A stretch of DNA of 64,000 nucleotides from the NCBI GenBank assembly GCA_947630235.1, contig CANRGN010000004.1:3458-67457 (forward strand). Reading direction: 5' to 3'. This document shows positions 1 to 10,992 of the stretch, one piece after another. The stretch is from an uncultured Clostridia bacterium. GTDB taxonomy: Bacteria; Bacillota; Clostridia; TANB77; CAG-508. Positions within the stretch are counted from its first letter, which is position 1, and each line of letters opens with the position of its first letter. Position numbers and translations under genes: made by a program. A model generated the notes under the pieces. It was not told where the DNA came from. It did no database searches and was given only the letters and a program-made list of their open reading frames with translations.

Positions 1-1
1 G

Positions 2-3000
2 GATGAAGATACAAACATAATAACAGGAACTGTATCAGATCAATCTAAAGCAAAAATAAATGTAATATTTACAAATAATAAATGGTTATCAGGTGCAATT
101 AGCTTAGATAAATCTTTCATAGATAGAGAAAAGAGCTTCTCTGAAGCAGACTTACTAGAAGAAGTAAGTGACATTTATAGTGGAGATTATACATTTACAT
201 TTAATGTAACTGTAACTCCAGGTAAAGATTCAATGTTTGTTCATGATGGTGTTTCTTATCCAAATGAAGTTAATACACAATATGTAGAAACAGTAGAAAT
301 ACCAATTAAAGAATTTATAGACTTCTACAAAGACGAAAATAATAAAGGAATTCCTTATCCAATAATTGATAACTTAACAGTTTCTTGGCCAGATGGTAAG
401 AATGCTCCTACTTATGTTGTTAAAGAAGATGCAACAGGCGAATTCTATGTATCATCATTTGCAACTGCTGGTGTTGTTGAAGCTGTAGAATCTAAAAAGA
501 CAGGAAAAGAAATTACATCAAAAGATATACAAGTAAACCCAGATGAGTTAAATAAAGTTTCAATTGTAAATGATTATCAGGAAAGTCGTAGAAGAGCATG
601 GCAATTAGTTACTGAAATGGGTGGTATTGTTTGGGATGATGTTGAAATACCAAATAAAGTTATTACTGAAGAAGATACTGACATTAAAGGCGGACATGAT
701 GGTAGATATGTTGATGGTGGATATCATGTAGGTGATACTGTGCAATTTTATGATACACCACTTGAAGGAATTTATGTAAAAGTAGCTAGAGTACTATATA
801 GAAATGAAGATGGAAATCTTGTAGAATATGCAAGAACATATAATGGTGAGCCAACTTATATACTTAAATCTAGTGATGGCGAAGAACAAGAATTGGTTCA
901 AGATTCTATACCATTCTATTTCATGTTTGATAGAAATGTACAATATGATGTTACTGGCGAAGATGGACATTGGAGTGTTGATAAAATATCTGTTCCAGCG
1001 CTTACTGAATTAGAAGCAAATAGTGGATTAACATTCGAAAATGGATGGAGAATTAGATATGATGTAGAATTCTATTATGATGGTGTAACTTATGAACCAA
1101 CAGACTTCTTAGTAGATGCAGATGGAGATGTAGGTACGTACTTAGGGGAACCAAATGATAGTAAATACTTTAATAATTCATTTGCTATAGATAATGAAGA
1201 AGATAGAAATAACTATAATAGCAAATATTCAACAGTAACAGGCGATACTAAGATGGATGCAGATGGTAACTCTAAAGGTAAAATTGGTGATGCAACTGTA
1301 AATTATAAAGCAAGCATAAATAATGATTTTGCTACATCAGTTGGTACTGTTGATTTAGGTGTTAATAAAGACAATTATACAGAAGTATATAATAAAGCAA
1401 CAACTGCAAATGCTGGACTAAAATATTTCTTAAGTGATATTAGAAATGAAGATATTTTAGATATGGAATTATCTAATAAAGAATATGAATTTAGAATGGT
1501 TAAACGTGATGGAATTGAATATATAGAATATGAATACTATTTCATGCCAGTATTAAATTATGGATTAAATATCAACTTAGGATTAGTTAAAAAACCAAAA
1601 GCAGATGTAGAAGTTTCAAAATCAATTGAAGCAGCAACAATTATTATAAATGAAAAAGCTCAAGTTTATAAATTTGAAAATGGAAAAGCAAAAATTGCTG
1701 AAGGCGATTTAAATGAAGATATTCTAGATCAAATTAGTGAATTAGATGAAGATAGCCTAAGTGAAAATCATGATGGATTATTAAATATATATACATCAGA
1801 TTATGCATATAGAGTAAAAGCATATGGAGAAAATACTGATTTATATAATGCATACAATAAATTCTATAATGCTATATATGGACATAATGCAGATGAAGAT
1901 TCTGAAGAATTTAACAAGAATTTAATAAAATCTAAAGAGTTACAAATTTACTTAACATATAGAATTACTCTTGCAAATAATTCAATGTATGATGTAGCTA
2001 TTCATGCAATAGATGATTACTCAGAAAGTACATTAGAATATGTTGATGTTCTTAATGGATATAATGCTGATAAAGAGGGAACTCAATTAGAAAGTACTCC
2101 AGGTTTATATGCATATATTACTGAAGAAGATTATGGTACAGGAGACGATGATAAAGCAAAATTAACAAACTTATTCGATAAAAATAAAGCTTGGTGGAAT
2201 TGGTCATTTACTGCTGATGAATATAAAGAAGAAGGATTTGCTGGAAAAGTTACAATAAATAATATTGATCATGTATTTAATAAAGCAACAATTGATCTTT
2301 CTCAATTTGATAAAGATTATGAAGGTTATAACTTACCTGCAAATAAACAAGCAAAATTCTATACAACATATCGTGTATCTGATTATGAGAAGATAAAAGA
2401 TGGTGAATTTGTATTAGGAGATAAGAGAAATTATGCAGAAGTTTCAAGCTTTACAGCATACTATGAAGGTAATCCAGCTGCTGTAATTGACGAAGATTCA
2501 GCTCCAGCTAACTACAACTTATCACAAAACACATATACAGTTCATGAAGATGATACATCTTATGGTCAAGTAAATATTGGAACAAAATCTAATAATACTA
2601 GATCAATATCAGGTACAGCTTGGTTAGATAGAGAAGATATAAATACCGAAGAAAATAATGGACAAAAATTAGGTAATAGTAAAATTGATGATGATGATTA
2701 CAGATTAAAAAATATTACAACTAAATTAGTTGAAGTTGTAGATATACCAACAGTTGACGATAGTGGAAAAGTAACAAATAATTATACTGAATATGAATAC
2801 TATTGGGATACTGGTTCAGAAGTTAAGACAACTCAAGACGGAAATTATTATATTAACTCAAATAAAATAGATGGTATGTTAACTAATGGATTAGTTGCAG
2901 GTAACTATGAAGTAAGATTCTTCTATGGAGATAATTCTAAAGTTGAATTATATAATAAAGACGGTAGAGTTGAAAATGATTCAAATTATCCAAAAATCAA

Positions 3001-4780
3001 TGGTATAGATTACAAAACTACAGCTTACGAAAAGAATATTAGTTTCGATGATTATGTAAATAATGAATGGCTAGATTTAGATAGCTCAGAAGGAGACAAC
3101 GAAGCTAGAGACAACGAAGCTAGAAGATTAGCATTGATTGAAAAAACTCAAGTATTAAATAATAAGAATACAGCAATATTCAATGTGGCAAATTATGATT
3201 CAAAAGATGAATATGTTAAAGCTTCAAAATCAAGATTAGATTATGAAACATTAAATACAGATGTACCAAATTTTGAAAGTGATTATGCAAATTATATGAA
3301 TCAATTATTTGTAAAACCAAGTTATGATAATTCAAAAACAGCTTATAATGGTATAATAAATGCAGATAATTATACAATGTTTGCAGATTCAGCTAAGATT
3401 AACTTGAAAGTTGAGAAAAAAGGCAATGATAAAGAAGAAAGTAATAGTGGAAATGCTATTGAAAATGTAAACTTCGGTCTTGAAAAGAGATCAAAGACAA
3501 ATATTATCTTAGACAAACAAGTTAAAGAAATTACCTTTACAAATACTGAAAATGAATTCTTCCATGTAGAGTATGATATATACTATGGTACAGAAGAAGG
3601 CTTCTTAGGCAATACGGAAAATAATTCTGATATTGAATACAATGAAATATCAAACGGATTATGGGTAGCCTTAGTTCCTAAAGCTGATACATTACAAGGA
3701 ATGGACATTTTAACTAAAGTTAATGATTCTTTAAAAGAAGACGGAACTAGAGAACAAGGATTCTTATATGTAAATGTTGATTCATTAGTATTACAAGATT
3801 TAAATGTAACTATTAAATATCAAATAACAGCAATTAATTTAAGTGAACCAGATACTTATGGTGATCAACTTGATAAGATAATGAATATTGATATAATTGA
3901 TGCTCGTGAAAAATCATTTGATAGAGCTATTGAAGAATTAAGTTCTCCTGATTATGTTTTAGTAAAAGCAGATGATAAATCTGGATTATTAAAACATGAA
4001 GAATCAGAAGATATTACAAATAAAGATTCTGATAAGCCTCAAGTATATAAAACATATGGTAAATATTTAGGACATACTTATTATCAAGGATTTGGAGATT
4101 GGACAACAGATGTTGATAAGATAGTTAAGACAACTGTTCGTCAAGTGGTTGAATATGTAGATAATGATATTTCAATATTAAATAACAGTGATGCTACAGA
4201 AAATCAAGAAAGATGGAATATTATTAAATCTAATGATAGTAATTTAATGAATTACATTGATAAAAATGTATTTGTAAATGGACAAATCTTAAATGAAATA
4301 GAACAACCTTATGGAGATAATCATATAGCAATAACAAATACTTCTGATACAGAGTTTGTTAAAGCATTAACACCATTAGCTTATACAGGACATGAAGAAA
4401 ATAAGTCTTTAGAAGAGGAAGATAAAGGTGTTCAAGCAATAACTTATATAACTTTATCAGATACAAAATCAGCTACTGATATAGGAGATTATGGTGTAGA
4501 CAATTATGCAGAGATTGTAGAAATTGAAAATCCAGTTGGTGGAAATAGAGAAGTAGGTGTTTATGGTAACTTTGATCCTAGAGGAGGAGCTACATCTACT
4601 AAAGAAGTAGATGAAACATCAACAGAAATTGTTACATTATCACCTCCAACAGGTAATATAGACAATGACAGAAAAACAGCAACAGCAATAGCAATAATAA
4701 TAGCATTTGCTCTTGTATCTGGAGCCGGAACTGGAATAGCATTAAAAATATCACAAAAACGTAAAAACAATAAAGAATAA
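2..4780 (+). CDS. Large cell-wall-anchored surface protein, 5' end cut by the window edge (the ORF-track Met at 233 is internal)
   Basis: The frame is open from nt 2 with no stop before 4778-4780. It contains an SdrD-B/Cna-B-like segment (GTAWLDREDIN...GNYEVRFFYGDN). The C-terminus is SPPTG, then a hydrophobic helix (AIAIIIAFALVSGAGTGIAL), then a basic tail (KISQKRKNNKE), which is an (S/P)PxTG sortase sorting signal. Confidence 0.8.
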   Translation, partial: DEDTNIITGTVSDQSKAKINVIFTNNKWLSGAISLDKSFIDREKSFSEADLLEEVSDIYSGDYTFTFNVTVTPGKDSMFVHDGVSYPNEVNTQYVETVEIPIKEFIDFYKDENNKGIPYPIIDNLTVSWPDGKNAPTYVVKEDATGEFYVSSFATAGVVEAVESKKTGKEITSKDIQVNPDELNKVSIVNDYQESRRRAWQLVTEMGGIVWDDVEIPNKVITEEDTDIKGGHDGRYVDGGYHVGDTVQFYDTPLEGIYVKVARVLYRNEDGNLVEYARTYNGEPTYILKSSDGEEQELVQDSIPFYFMFDRNVQYDVTGEDGHWSVDKISVPALTELEANSGLTFENGWRIRYDVEFYYDGVTYEPTDFLVDADGDVGTYLGEPNDSKYFNNSFAIDNEEDRNNYNSKYSTVTGDTKMDADGNSKGKIGDATVNYKASINNDFATSVGTVDLGVNKDNYTEVYNKATTANAGLKYFLSDIRNEDILDMELSNKEYEFRMVKRDGIEYIEYEYYFMPVLNYGLNINLGLVKKPKADVEVSKSIEAATIIINEKAQVYKFENGKAKIAEGDLNEDILDQISELDEDSLSENHDGLLNIYTSDYAYRVKAYGENTDLYNAYNKFYNAIYGHNADEDSEEFNKNLIKSKELQIYLTYRITLANNSMYDVAIHAIDDYSESTLEYVDVLNGYNADKEGTQLESTPGLYAYITEEDYGTGDDDKAKLTNLFDKNKAWWNWSFTADEYKEEGFAGKVTINNIDHVFNKATIDLSQFDKDYEGYNLPANKQAKFYTTYRVSDYEKIKDGEFVLGDKRNYAEVSSFTAYYEGNPAAVIDEDSAPANYNLSQNTYTVHEDDTSYGQVNIGTKSNNTRSISGTAWLDREDINTEENNGQKLGNSKIDDDDYRLKNITTKLVEVVDIPTVDDSGKVTNNYTEYEYYWDTGSEVKTTQDGNYYINSNKIDGMLTNGLVAGNYEVRFFYGDNSKVELYNKDGRVENDSNYPKINGIDYKTTAYEKNISFDDYVNNEWLDLDSSEGDNEARDNEARRLALIEKTQVLNNKNTAIFNVANYDSKDEYVKASKSRLDYETLNTDVPNFESDYANYMNQLFVKPSYDNSKTAYNGIINADNYTMFADSAKINLKVEKKGNDKEESNSGNAIENVNFGLEKRSKTNIILDKQVKEITFTNTENEFFHVEYDIYYGTEEGFLGNTENNSDIEYNEISNGLWVALVPKADTLQGMDILTKVNDSLKEDGTREQGFLYVNVDSLVLQDLNVTIKYQITAINLSEPDTYGDQLDKIMNIDIIDAREKSFDRAIEELSSPDYVLVKADDKSGLLKHEESEDITNKDSDKPQVYKTYGKYLGHTYYQGFGDWTTDVDKIVKTTVRQVVEYVDNDISILNNSDATENQERWNIIKSNDSNLMNYIDKNVFVNGQILNEIEQPYGDNHIAITNTSDTEFVKALTPLAYTGHEENKSLEEEDKGVQAITYITLSDTKSATDIGDYGVDNYAEIVEIENPVGGNREVGVYGNFDPRGGATSTKEVDETSTEIVTLSPPTGNIDNDRKTATAIAIIIAFALVSGAGTGIALKISQKRKNNKE

Positions 4781-4799
4781 TGCTAAATAATAAATAAAA

Positions 4800-4833
4800 A
4801 AGTAAGTCGCAAAAAGCGACTTGCTTTTTTTTT
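4800..4833 (+). terminator. Intrinsic terminator after the surface-protein gene
   Basis: Hairpin aagtaagtcgc-aaaaa-gcgacttgct followed by a T8 run. Confidence 0.8.
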
Positions 4834-5020
4834 ATTTATTTTTATTAAATACTTGTCTTTTTAGATAAATTATAATAGAATATAGAAAAAATTTAAGGTT
4901 TTTTTATTTAAATTATCACAAAATGAAGAGAACTTTTATAAAATAAAACTTAAAAATGACAAAAAAGAAATTTTAAAATTGTTATAGTTTTATATTATAA
5001 ATGTATTGAGGTGGTTAAGG

Positions 5021-5614
5021 ATGTTTCAAAGTAGTAGTAAAGAAGCAAGAGATACAAATGAAAATATTAATATAAAAGATATAACTAAAGAAATATTTAA
5101 AATTCAAAATATAATAATTTATATTCTAACATTTTTAATTTCAATGGTATCTATTAGAAATGAGGTATTACCATTTGGATTAGCAATTATTGCGGCATGT
5201 TTAGGAACTGAAATTCCAATTGCAATGGTATTTATCGTTTCTGGATTATCAACAATTATTTTTCAAGGGCTAAGTGGCTTCGGAGTATTTTTCTTTACAT
5301 GTTTAATTTACTTTTTAATGATATTAATTCTAAAGCCAAAATATTCAATAGAAGAAAGAAACGAAATTGTAAAAACAGGTGGAAAGTTATTTTGGTCTTG
5401 TTTTATAGTTAGTTTCATAAATAATATTAGAGGATCATTTTTAATTTATAATTTATTTATGGGAATAATTATCTCTGTATTAACATATTGTTTCTATAAA
5501 ATTTTTGTTAATGGAATTGTTGTTATTAGAGATTTTGGAACAAAAAAAGCGTATACTTTAGAAGAACTTATACGGAGCATCTATAATTATAGGAATTGCA
5601 AGTACAGCTTTTAA
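5021..5614 (+). CDS. spoIIE: Stage II sporulation protein E, N-terminal membrane fragment (frameshifted gene, part 1)
   Basis: Polytopic hydrophobic N-terminus. RBS gaggtgg lies 6 nt before ATG 5021. The frame ends at 5612-5614, but the hydrophobic sequence continues in the +1 frame. Confidence 0.75.
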   Translation: MFQSSSKEARDTNENINIKDITKEIFKIQNIIIYILTFLISMVSIRNEVLPFGLAIIAACLGTEIPIAMVFIVSGLSTIIFQGLSGFGVFFFTCLIYFLMILILKPKYSIEERNEIVKTGGKLFWSCFIVSFINNIRGSFLIYNLFMGIIISVLTYCFYKIFVNGIVVIRDFGTKKAYTLEELIRSIYNYRNCKYSF

Positions 5615-5618
5615 TGGG

Positions 5619-7439
5619 TTGAATATTTTAGGTGGATTAAGCATTAGTAATATAATTATAATTTTCTTAATTTTATTATTAGGTTGGAAAAATGGAATGT
5701 TACTTGGAGGAGTATCTGGTGTTGCAATTGGATTATCTGTTGGAATAATAGGCTTTGTTACTCCAATTCAAATTGCTGGTTTTGCCGTTGCTGGAATTTT
5801 AGCTGGTTTCTTAAATAGATTTGGAAAAATAGGTGTAATTATTGGTTTTATACTAGGAAATGGTATTTTAACATATATGTATAGTGGAAATATAGAAACA
5901 ATAATATATTTTAGAGAAATATTTATTGCTTCAATTGGACTTTTACTTGTTCCTTCAAATATAAAAATAGATTTAGAAGATATTATTGGAAATTATAAAT
6001 TAATTACTGATGAAGGAGAATATAGGCTTGAAGCAGATGCAGAAGTAAAAACTAAATTAAATGTAGTAGCAGAAGCATTAAATGAAATTACAAAAAAATA
6101 TACATCAGTTGAAGAAGAAGTTTCAATTGAAAATACAAAAGATAATTTTATTGAAATTTTAGAATCTAATATAGAAGATAAAAAAAATAATATTTTTTAT
6201 GATGAAATTTATAAAAATATAGATAAAATTGATGATGATATTTTTTATGTTCTACAACAAAAAGAAATAATTTTAGAGCAAGATTTAATAGAAATTTTTA
6301 GATTGCACAATAATTTTATTGCTAATCAATATGAATATATAAAAGAAGATTTAAAAGAAGTTGTTAATATAATTAATAAATCTTATAAAATGAATAATAT
6401 AGATAATGCAAAACAAGAGCAAAAACAGGCTCAAAACATCAAAATTGTTAATGAACTAGAAAATGTAAAAAAAATAATTTCTGATGTAGCGAAGAATGTG
6501 GAACAAGAAAAATCACCTGAAATTAAAAAATTGGAAAAAGAAATAGGAATTGTTTTATTAAAAAAGAATTTAGATATTGAAGGAGTTAGATATAAAAAAA
6601 TACAAAATGGTAAGATTGTTATTGACATAAAATTAAAATATACAGATGAATTAAGACAAAGAGAAAAAATTGTTAATATTTCTGATGCCATTTCAAAAAT
6701 TGTTGGAAAAAAAGTTATATTTCAAAAAGATAGAAGAAATATTAAAAATGATATATATATTCAAACCTATTCTACAGAGGACAAATTTACTATTCAAATT
6801 GGAAAGGCTAAATTAACAAAAGATGATAGTAATTTTTCAGGAGATAGTAATTTAGATTTAAAGCTTGATGATGGAAAATATTTACTTGCTATTAGTGACG
6901 GAATGGGAACAGGGTTAAATGCTAGAGAGACAAGCTCTACAGTATTAAAAGTGTTAAAAAACTTTTTATCTGCAGGTTTTGAAAAAGAGAAAACTTTAGA
7001 ACTTATAAATTCTAGTTTAAATTTAGATTTAAATGAGGAAATGTATGCGAGTCTTGATTTAGCGATTTTTGATTTATATGAAGGAAACCTATATAGTATA
7101 AAAAATGGATCTAGTAATACTTATATTAAGAATAAAAAAAATATTCAAATTTTAAAATCAAATCAAATGCCTTTAGGTATTGTAAATCAAATTACTTTAT
7201 CTGAAACATTGGTTAAATTAGTAGATGGAGATATAATAGTATTAGCGAGTGATGGCATAATTGAATCAAGTGATATATCTAAAAATGATTGGTTAGAAGA
7301 ATTTCTAAAAAATGCTACAACAAATAATGTTCAAAAATTGGCTGATTTAATATTAGCTGAAGCCATTGATAATAGCTACGGAGTAGCACATGATGATATG
7401 ACAGTTATTGTTGCAAAAATTATGAAAAAAAATAAATAA
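5619..7439 (+). CDS. spoIIE: Stage II sporulation protein E, remaining TM segments plus PP2C phosphatase domain (frameshifted gene, part 2; this frame is open from 5562)
   Basis: C-terminal PP2C motifs LAISDGMGTG, VLASDGIIES and HDDMTVIVAKI. TM helices precede a central coiled region, the typical SpoIIE architecture. Confidence 0.85.
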   Translation: MNILGGLSISNIIIIFLILLLGWKNGMLLGGVSGVAIGLSVGIIGFVTPIQIAGFAVAGILAGFLNRFGKIGVIIGFILGNGILTYMYSGNIETIIYFREIFIASIGLLLVPSNIKIDLEDIIGNYKLITDEGEYRLEADAEVKTKLNVVAEALNEITKKYTSVEEEVSIENTKDNFIEILESNIEDKKNNIFYDEIYKNIDKIDDDIFYVLQQKEIILEQDLIEIFRLHNNFIANQYEYIKEDLKEVVNIINKSYKMNNIDNAKQEQKQAQNIKIVNELENVKKIISDVAKNVEQEKSPEIKKLEKEIGIVLLKKNLDIEGVRYKKIQNGKIVIDIKLKYTDELRQREKIVNISDAISKIVGKKVIFQKDRRNIKNDIYIQTYSTEDKFTIQIGKAKLTKDDSNFSGDSNLDLKLDDGKYLLAISDGMGTGLNARETSSTVLKVLKNFLSAGFEKEKTLELINSSLNLDLNEEMYASLDLAIFDLYEGNLYSIKNGSSNTYIKNKKNIQILKSNQMPLGIVNQITLSETLVKLVDGDIIVLASDGIIESSDISKNDWLEEFLKNATTNNVQKLADLILAEAIDNSYGVAHDDMTVIVAKIMKKNK

Positions 7440-7454
7440 ATTTTGAAAGGTGTG

Positions 7455-7486
7455 GGCGATTATAAATCGCCTATTATATTTTTTTA
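7455..7486 (+). terminator. Probable intrinsic terminator after spoIIE
   Basis: ggcgatt-ata-aatcgcc hairpin followed by a T-rich tract (tattatattttttt). Confidence 0.5.
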
Positions 7487-7624
7487 GATGTTTTTAATTT
7501 CTAGAATTGGTTTATTTTTAAATATCTATTGTATTTTGCTAAATAAAATGGTATAGTATACCCATGAATATTGAACTTATAAATTCGTATGATTATAGTA
7601 ATCAATCTTAGAAAGAGGTTTAAA

Positions 7625-9151
7625 ATGAATAGAGTTAGTAATAAGGGAAATCATTATAATGTTGAACCAAAATTAAATATAAAAAAAGTAATAACAACTA
7701 TAATTGTTTTATTGGCAATAATAATGGTTATAATATCTATAAAAAGTGCATTAACAAAAAAAGTAACAACAAAAAATATTTCGGTTCAAACAACCTATTT
7801 TACTGTTTTTTCAAATGATAAATGGGGAGTAATAGATAATGAAGGAAAAAATGTAATAAATCCTGAATATGATGAAATGATTATAATTCCAGATAAAAAT
7901 AAAGATATATTCATTTGTACCTATAATGTAAATTATGAAACTGGAACTTATAATACTAAAGTAATTAACTCAAAAGGTGAAGAAATTCTTCTAGGATATA
8001 ATAATGTTGAGCCAATTGAAAATAATACGCAAAATAAAATCTGGTATGAATCTGAAGTATTAAAATACGAAAGTGATGGAAAATTCGGTTTAATAGATTA
8101 TGATGGTAAAGTTATACTAGCTCCAGAATATGATAATATATATGCTATGCAAGGAATAGAAAAAAGCATTATAGTAGAAAAAGATTCTAAAAAAGGTTTA
8201 GTAAATAGTATTGGTGAAACAATAATTGAACCAATTTATACTGAAATATCTAGTTTAACAGATAATTATTCAAATGGTTATATTGTAAAAGATGAAAATA
8301 ATAAATATGGAGTTATAAATCCAGATAAAAAAGTAGTATTAGAGAATAAATATGATTCTATAGATCATGTTTATGGAAGTAATATGTATGTTGTTACAGA
8401 AGTTGGAGTTCATAAAATAATTACTGCTACAGGTGAATCTGTTTTAGAAGGTGGATTTGATAATGTTGTATCAATAGATGGTGAATATATAGTAGCTGAA
8501 AAAGCCGGAAAGTATGGTATTATAGATAAAACTGGTACAGATATTGTTCCTGCTGATTATGAAAGTTTGAGCTATTGTTATGATAATAACTATATAGCTA
8601 AAAAAGATGGAAAATTTGGTATAATTGGAATAGATAATAGTGTAAAAATAGATTTTAAATATATAACTATGAGCCTTATAAAAAATGGCAATCTAATTCA
8701 AGCTGATAATGAGCAATATACTACAGAAATTATAAATAAAAATTTTGATGTAGTTTTATCTAATATAATAATTTCAGAAATAAATGAAGATAAAGGTTAT
8801 TTAAGAGTTAGATCAAATGATGAATATAAATATTATAATTTTAATTTAGAAGAAAAAACTGCCAAAGAAGTTTTACCTACAAGAACTTTATTTTTATATA
8901 AAGAGAATGGAAAATATGGATATGAAAATAATAATGGTGAAAAAATTGTAGATGCTATATATGATGATGCTAAGGAGCAAAATGAATATGGTTATTGTGC
9001 AGTAAAAAAAGATGGATTATGGGGAGTTTTAAAATCAGATGGAGCTGTTTTATTAAAACCTAGTGTTAATTTAAATGATTATTTATATATAGATTTTATT
9101 GCAGATTGGTATATGTATAATGATCTTAGTTTAAATGTTTATACAAAATAG
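7625..9151 (+). CDS. Membrane-anchored WG-repeat (KWG-type) protein
   Basis: RBS gaaagagg lies before ATG 7625. There is one N-terminal TM helix and at least 8 repeats of the form GK(Y/F/W)G(V/L/I)ID..G..(I/V)..P.YD. Confidence 0.75.
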   Translation: MNRVSNKGNHYNVEPKLNIKKVITTIIVLLAIIMVIISIKSALTKKVTTKNISVQTTYFTVFSNDKWGVIDNEGKNVINPEYDEMIIIPDKNKDIFICTYNVNYETGTYNTKVINSKGEEILLGYNNVEPIENNTQNKIWYESEVLKYESDGKFGLIDYDGKVILAPEYDNIYAMQGIEKSIIVEKDSKKGLVNSIGETIIEPIYTEISSLTDNYSNGYIVKDENNKYGVINPDKKVVLENKYDSIDHVYGSNMYVVTEVGVHKIITATGESVLEGGFDNVVSIDGEYIVAEKAGKYGIIDKTGTDIVPADYESLSYCYDNNYIAKKDGKFGIIGIDNSVKIDFKYITMSLIKNGNLIQADNEQYTTEIINKNFDVVLSNIIISEINEDKGYLRVRSNDEYKYYNFNLEEKTAKEVLPTRTLFLYKENGKYGYENNNGEKIVDAIYDDAKEQNEYGYCAVKKDGLWGVLKSDGAVLLKPSVNLNDYLYIDFIADWYMYNDLSLNVYTK

Positions 9152-9191
9152 TTAATATAACTAATATGTTTTACAAAAGAAGGAAGGGAAT

Positions 9192-10454
9192 TTGGTGGAA
9201 CTAAAGAATAAATATCAATATACATATTTTGTATACCCGTATATAATTGATGAAACAAAATATGAAAAATATATTTTTAGATTATTTAAAGATAAAAAAT
9301 GTGAATATAGAATTTTTGAAAAAGAAAAAGATTACGATATGTATTCATATTTTCTACCTCAGATCAGAGCAGATTTTTTTCCAACATTTGAAATTAGAGA
9401 TGAGAAATTAAAGGAATTTAAAAATTTTAAAAAGGAAAAAAAGGCAAAGATTGTTTCAAAACACAATTGTGCTTGTTTTACTTATTATCTTGAAAAAGAT
9501 ATAAAAGGAAAAGTAGATAATGATGATGGTATATTTTTTAATATAGAAAAAATAGATATTATTTGTTTCAAAACAGGGATATGTTTTTTTGCTATGAAAA
9601 CTATTTTAGATACAGATTCAAGTTTTGGAGACTTATTAAATTTTAATTATAAATTTAGAGATATAAATACAGAATTTCTATCACTAAAAAACTACGAAAA
9701 TATAAAAATTCAAACAGATGTATTTGAAGATGTATCTGATATTTCAGAGCTTATATCTAGAATAACTGGTTTAGATAAAAATAAAGAGTCAATTACGAAA
9801 GAATTATCAGATTCAAAATTTTATACTTATTCTTATACTTGCATGGAAAGAGATTATTGGAATGAAAAGAATAGCTTTCAAAACTTGGAAAATGATTTTT
9901 ATAAATATGCAAATGTTTTACCTAGTAATTATGCATCAGATTTTAATAAAGAAAATTTAGAACATAATTTATATATATTAGATAAATTAAAGTATACCAG
10001 AACAGGTATTACCAAACTTAGCTCAAATATGATTTGTTCTGCAATTGATACTTATAATTTTACTAAATTACCTTATGAATATGAAAATCAATATTTTTTC
10101 ACTTATATTTTAGGGCTATATCAAAAAATATTCTTAAAGAAAATGAATTTAGAATTTAAAGATTATAAAAAAATTCCTAAATTAAGAGAGAAATTTATAA
10201 ATTTTACCAAAGTATTTTGGGAAAAAGAAGTTACTTTAGTAGATAATGGAAATATATATTATAGAGCTTTAAAAAGAGTTTTAGAAGTTGATGATGTTTA
10301 TGATGAGGTAAAAAAGAAATATGAAGTTATTTACAAAGATTTAAATATTGAGAAAAATAATATATATTTCTCTATCATAATGATTTTATTATTTTTCTCT
10401 TTTATATTTAATACTGTTAATATACTTTTCCTAATTCATGTAATGTATGATTAG
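9192..10454 (+). CDS. Hypothetical protein with a C-terminal TM segment
   Basis: 420-codon ORF. RBS aaggaaggg lies before TTG 9192 / GTG 9195. The C-terminal hydrophobic helix is IYFSIIMILLFFSFIFNTVNILFLI. I recognised no family. Confidence 0.6.
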   Translation: MVELKNKYQYTYFVYPYIIDETKYEKYIFRLFKDKKCEYRIFEKEKDYDMYSYFLPQIRADFFPTFEIRDEKLKEFKNFKKEKKAKIVSKHNCACFTYYLEKDIKGKVDNDDGIFFNIEKIDIICFKTGICFFAMKTILDTDSSFGDLLNFNYKFRDINTEFLSLKNYENIKIQTDVFEDVSDISELISRITGLDKNKESITKELSDSKFYTYSYTCMERDYWNEKNSFQNLENDFYKYANVLPSNYASDFNKENLEHNLYILDKLKYTRTGITKLSSNMICSAIDTYNFTKLPYEYENQYFFTYILGLYQKIFLKKMNLEFKDYKKIPKLREKFINFTKVFWEKEVTLVDNGNIYYRALKRVLEVDDVYDEVKKKYEVIYKDLNIEKNNIYFSIIMILLFFSFIFNTVNILFLIHVMYD

Positions 10455-10495
10455 AAAATTAAAGTTAAATAGTATATATTAAAATAGAGGATAAT

Positions 10496-10858
10496 ATGCA
10501 AATAAAAACAGGAATAGATATTATAGAAATTGATAGAATAAAGCAAGCAATTGAAAAGTTTGACCAAACTTTTTTGCAAACAATTTTTACACAAAAAGAA
10601 ATACAATATTGTGAAAGTCATAAAATGCAAAAATACCAACATTATGCTGCTAGGTTTGCTGGGAAAGAAGCAATTTTTAAGGCCCTTAGTTCATATTATA
10701 CAGAATGTAAATGGAAAGAATTTGAAATTTTAAATGATGAAAAAGGTAGGCCTTTTATAAATCTAAAAAATAATAATATTAAAATAAGTTCAATAGATAT
10801 TAGCATATCACATTGTCAAAATTATGCAGTAGCAAATGTAACCGCTCTAATAGATTGA
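10496..10858 (+). CDS. acpS: Holo-[acyl-carrier-protein] synthase
   Basis: Size is 120 aa. Motifs GIDIIEIDRI, RFAGKEAIFKAL and ISISH match the AcpS 4'-phosphopantetheinyl transferase pattern. Confidence 0.85.
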   Translation: MQIKTGIDIIEIDRIKQAIEKFDQTFLQTIFTQKEIQYCESHKMQKYQHYAARFAGKEAIFKALSSYYTECKWKEFEILNDEKGRPFINLKNNNIKISSIDISISHCQNYAVANVTALID

Positions 10859-10992
10859 GAAAAATAATTTTATTTTAGTAATTGTTCGCTTTAAAATAAG
10901 AAAATGTTCACTATTGTTATTCAGTACAAAAGCTTTTCGCATATAGCCTGAATAAGAGCATTTTATAAATATTTAATAGGAGAAGATAATTT

